Shown here: positions 22,540 through 26,376 of the stretch, one piece after another | Layout: each line of letters opens with the position of its first letter | Position numbering within the stretch: the first letter of the stretch is position 1 | DNA from: Octopus sinensis | Lineage: Eukaryota | NCBI RefSeq assembly: GCF_006345805.1 | Contig: NW_021836031.1 | Location: 1-26,376, forward strand | DNA: 26,376 bases | Direction: 5' to 3' | The notes under the pieces: model-generated | What the model was told of the DNA's origin: nothing | What the model saw: the letters and a program-made list of their open reading frames with translations, nothing else | Database searches by the model: none | Translations under genes and position numbers: made by a program

Positions 22540-22722
22540 GAAATGACAATGTCCTTATTTTGAGGTCAGCAACAGTCTGTGAAGCGACATTGTATCCAGC
22601 CCACCAACACAAACGTGCTCATGAGAGCACAACATATACGCTCTCTCGTATACACTTGCACACAAACACACTCTTCGGTTTCAGTGCAGTAGATATCCTC
22701 ACAAGCTTTCGGTCGGCCCGAA
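22540..22722 (-). mobile_element. Diverged SINE family A remnant (central part), inverted
   Basis: Reverse complement TTCGGGCCGACCGAAAGCTTGTGAGGATATCT...GAAACCGAAGAG(TG)n...GTCGCTTCACAGACTGTTGCTG parallels family A CCTCGGGCCGACCAAAGCCTTGTGAG...GAAACTGAAAG...GCTTGACAACCGATGCTG. Confidence 0.5.
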
Positions 22723-22723
22723 T

Positions 22724-22903
22724 CTTTGGGAAACATTTTTTCACGCTCAGAGTTGCTGAAGCATGGAATAAACTGCCTGCGTCAGTTGTTGACTGCCATG
22801 ACACTGCATCCTTAAGGCCCTCATGCTTTCCGAAATCCGCCGAAACTACACCTGATTATATATACACTTTAGATGAGTTGTAGTGACACCTGGCACTGTA
22901 CAC

Positions 22904-22935
<32 letters not shown>

Positions 22936-22950
22936 TATTATTATTATTAT
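22724..22950 (+). mobile_element. CR1/L2-clade LINE 3' end with (ATT)n tail
   Basis: Encodes KHFFTLRVAEAWNKLPASVVDC, matching the FFxxRVxxxWNxLPxxVV motif at the end of CR1/L2 ORF2; short 3'UTR, then (ATT)n from 22904. Confidence 0.8.
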
Positions 22951-22954
22951 ATAT

Positions 22955-24963
22955 TTTCTTCTTTCAAATTTGCTTCCATTTCTTGCCGAGTGTCTTCCCG
23001 ACTCCTAGGCAAAGAAACTCATAGTATACATTGGTAGGCCATTAACCAAACTCAGTAGTTCGTTCATTTTTTTTTTTTTTTTTAAGTTAAATTAAAATAC
23101 ATGAGTAGCAACAGTTCTCACATCGACAATGCTCTTCTCAATACGTGTGATGTACCAGTTAAGACAATTTTTTGCACTTCTTGCAGGGATGGTAAGCCAG
23201 GGATCATTCTCATATAATTTTGGTTCCCTCTTGATCATTCTAGTGCTCCTACGATCACTGGTATTGTAACCGCCTTGAGATGCCACATTTTCTCAATTTC
23301 AATGAGTAGGTCTTATATTTCTGAGCTTGTCAAACTCTTTCGCTGAGATATTATGATCACAGGGGATGCTCATGTCGATCAATAAGCAAACTTATGGTTT
23401 TGGTCTTTCACAACAATATCTGGTTTATTGGCCTTGATGGTTCGCTCTGTATGTACTGGAAGGTCCCACAGAATGGTTACATTTCTCCTTCAGTTACAGC
23501 CTCAGGGGTGATTATACCACTTGTCGGCAGTTTTGATATTGTAATGCCGACTTATTAGCCAGGGGAGATATTGGCCAACTCTGTCATGTCTTAATTTATA
23601 CTCCACTGGTGCTAAGACTTTACATCCAGAGATTAGGTGGTCCACTGTTTCAATCATGTCGTTGCAGAATCGGCATTTTGGGTCTGCTCCATTTTTCATC
23701 ACATTGGCCTGGTAGTTCCGGGTTAATAGGCTTTGATCTTGAGCAGCCAGGATGAAACCTTCGCTCTCTGCTTTTAGCCCTGAGCTCCGTAGCCACTGAT
23801 GGGTTTGCTTCTGGTCAACATCAGCTTGTTTGCTGCGGGTCACATATTTGCCGTGCAGAGGTTTCTCCTCCCACCTATCAGCCAATTGCTCGTGCGTTTT
23901 TTCATTGCCATCATTTTCACCTTCTTTGCAACAATAGTTGCCGTACTTCCCTCGGGTTGTTCAGTTTGGGTATCCTGCACGAGATCAATAGCAAATTTTT
24001 GCTTTCCTTTATTTAGAATGAAGCTTCTTTCGTCTCTCGTGATTTTCCACGAGCTTTAGCATCCAGTCATTCGATATTTCGAGATTTGGCCAGTCCAATT
24101 GTGGTTGTTTTGTAAGCTAGTTCAAATTGGATCAGGCCTCGACCTCCTTGGGCTCTGGGAAGGTAAAGGCGATCTACGTCTGCCTTTGGGTGGTGCATCC
24201 TATTAAACTCAGCAGCTTGCGTATTTTCCTATCTATATTCTTTACTTCTCTCATATTCCAGTTCAACACATTGTAGCTATAAGTAACAACTGGAACTGCT
24301 AAGGAATTTATAGCTAACACCTTGTTACGTGCATTTAGTCAGATTCAGGACTGCACGAACTCTCCTATAGCATTCTTCCTGATTTTCTCTTTCATGCTTG
24401 CATGCTGAATACCAGAGCCTTCATTTATCCCTAAATATTTGTATGTTTGTTCTTGCTCAAGCTCTCTTATGACTGTGTCAACATCTAACACGACTGAATT
24501 TGTGGTCTTCACTTTCCCTTTCTGGAAAGTGGCCTTGGCACACTTCTCAAGTCCAAACTCCATCCCGATGTCATCGCTGAATGCTTTCACGGTGCGCAAT
24601 AGGCCTTGAAGTTCATTATTGATTTTACCATAAAGTTTTAAGTCATCCATATAAAATAGATGGCTTATTTTTTTATTGGCAATTTTATACCCATACCCAA
24701 TTCTGTTAATTCACTTGTAAGGGGTATTAGGGCTATGCAGAATATTAAATGATTGAAAGTGAGTCACCTTGAAAAATTCCACAGTTGATGTTTATATTTT
24801 CTGAGGCAAGTACTCCATTAGAGTGGTATAATTGGAGATTCGTATTCCACAACGACATATTGTGGCTTCAGGAAGTTTGAAATCACAGGGGAAATTTTGA
24901 AGATGTCCAGCGATCTCAAGACCATGGATGCGGTATACTGTCGAAGGCCTTTATAGTCAATCC
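22955..24963 (-). mobile_element. 5'-truncated R4/Dong-clade non-LTR retrotransposon (RT + CCHC knuckle + restriction-like endonuclease), frameshifted
   Basis: Manual reconstruction: IDY(K)KAFDSIPH...GIFQGDSLS...HLFYMDDLKLYGK (24653-24630)...YKYLG...GGRGL...CRFCNDMIETVDHLISGC...YKLRHDRV...ILWD...KPDIVVKD...LLIDMSIP...KEFDKLRKY...VIVGALG, stop TGA 23120-23118. ~165-nt 3'UTR ending in (TAA)n on the element strand. Confidence 0.9.
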
Positions 24964-24995
<32 letters not shown>

Positions 24996-25392
24996 TTATA
25001 TTATTATTATTATTATTATTATTATATAAAACACACTGAAGCAAGCTGCTGTGACTAAAGTTGAATACGAAACAACGCTGAATCGAACTTCTTAGCCAGA
25101 ACTTCAGTGGTTATGCAGCGCCCTTGAGCACCTGCAAATCAAACGCTTGGCCAAATAACACCTTGTAAAGGCATTTGATAGATGGAACTGGTAATGAACC
25201 TGGCATGTATGTATTTGTGCAAAGAATGGAATTCGCAATATTTCTAATTGTTTCATCACAATGTGGAAAATAAATAAATATTAATATTGCATTCATAATT
25301 TAGTAACCAAGCTTAGTCTAAAAATAGTTATATATATATATATTATATTATATTATATTATATTATGTTTTATTATATATACATGTATATAT

Positions 25393-25497
25393 ATAACACG
25401 TTGAATAACATGTTGAAAGTGCCGGTTCTCATCTGATAATCGAAGCCTAGTGAGTACTTAGACGGCTGACTGCTTGGGAAACTTTGGTGCTGTAAGC
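25393..25497 (+). pseudogene. 5S rRNA-derived sequence (pseudogene or SINE3-type head) lacking internal promoter box A
   Basis: ATAACATGTTGAAAGTGCCGGTTCTCATCTGATAATCGAAG|CCTAGTGAGTACTTAGACGGCTGACTGCTTGGGAAACTTTGGTGCTGTAAGC aligns to eukaryotic 5S positions ~11-118 with ~15 nt (positions ~52-66) deleted at 25445/25446. Confidence 0.8.
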
Positions 25498-25575
25498 CAT
25501 TTCACACTTTTCAATTGCGGTGTCGCAGCCTCAAGTTGATGTATATAAAAGAATAAAAGAATTATATATGTTATG

Positions 25576-25606
<31 letters not shown>

Positions 25607-25800
25607 TACATATTGTATACGTATATATTATATTATACTATATTATATTATATATATATATATCATATATTATATATTACATGCATATGTTATATATTAA
25701 ACATATGTGTTACATATATATAATATGTATCATATTGTATATATCTATATTATATATGTACGTATTTATTATACGTAGATATATATATATATGCATATAT

Positions 25801-26167
25801 ACTCTTTTACATGTTTCAGTCATTTGAATGTGGCCATGCTGGAGCACCGCTTTTAGTTGAACAAATCGACCCCAGGACTTATTCTATCGATGTCTTTCGC
25901 CGAACTGCTAAGTTACGGGGACGTAAACACACCAGTATCGGTTGTCAAGCCATGTTGGGGGTTCAAGCACAGACGCAAAAACATATACATACGCATACAT
26001 ATATACACGACGGGCTTCCTACGGTTTCCGTCTACCAAATCCACTCACGAGGCTTTGGTCGGACCGAGGCTATAGAAGACACTTGCCCAAGGTGTCACGC
26101 AGTCGGACTGAACCCGGAACCATGTGATTGGTTGGCAAGCTACTTACCACACAGCCACTCCTGTGCC
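25801..26167 (-). mobile_element. SINE family A, near full length, CpG-rich copy
   Basis: Reverse complement GGCACAGGAGTGGCTGTGTGGTAAGTAGCTTGCC...GGTTCCGGGTTCAGTCC (A/B boxes)...GACTGAAACATGTAAAAGAG; collinear with 15188-15559 except for a 22-nt deletion. Confidence 0.9.
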
Positions 26168-26189
26168 TATATACATATATCAATCATAT

Positions 26190-26249
26190 GTATGTGTGTG
26201 TGATCATATTATATCTATGTATATATATATATATCATATATATATATTC

Positions 26250-26293
<44 letters not shown>

Positions 26294-26376
26294 TATATAT
26301 ATATATATCACATATATATATCATATATATATATATATCATATATATATATATATATATATATATCATATATATTA
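26190..26376. repeat. (TA)n with periodic TCA interruptions
   Basis: Direct reading. Confidence 0.9.

Noticed and set aside
22530-22883. 117-aa ORF as a gene
   Set aside because: Chance fusion of an inverted SINE remnant and a CR1 3' end; only the KHFF...LPASVV part is protein-derived.
25405-25497. Functional 5S rRNA gene
   Set aside because: Missing the 5' end and box A, diverged and single copy here.
426-26203. The many 60-185 aa ORFs rich in YI/CV/HT/I/L/H/M runs
   Set aside because: They are translations of (TA), (TG), (CA), (ATT), (CAT) and (CTA) microsatellites or of SINE bodies; no splice or domain support.

Overview
AT-rich, microsatellite-dense animal genomic DNA; the SINE, LINE and mariner families look like those I recall from Octopus (species unchecked). 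The only host gene is the 3' end of a Meis/homothorax TALE homeobox gene on the + strand: a phase-1 exon (703-783) and the terminal coding exon (1740-2086, ending MDVMGQQLQDIHA*). The homeodomain exons lie upstream of the window. The remaining ~24 kb is 3'UTR/intergenic DNA with two TIR-intact, internally deleted Tc1/mariner elements, two tRNA-headed SINE families (one stacked head-to-tail on (ATT)n tails), an RTE-type tail, a CR1-type 3' end whose (TTA)n tail hosts a 5'-truncated R4/Dong-clade LINE, a 5S rRNA-derived fragment, a probable Helitron end and a ~470-bp tandem duplication. Nearly all ORFs in the supplied track are microsatellite artefacts. Best leads: (1) the Meis terminal exon appears to carry vertebrate-like A- and B-type C-termini fused in frame around an internal candidate acceptor; (2) a compact PBX-HOX/MEIS/PBX-HOX site cluster at 16083-16114; (3) microsatellite-guided nesting and stacking of retroelements. 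No CRISPR or prokaryote-type system is present.
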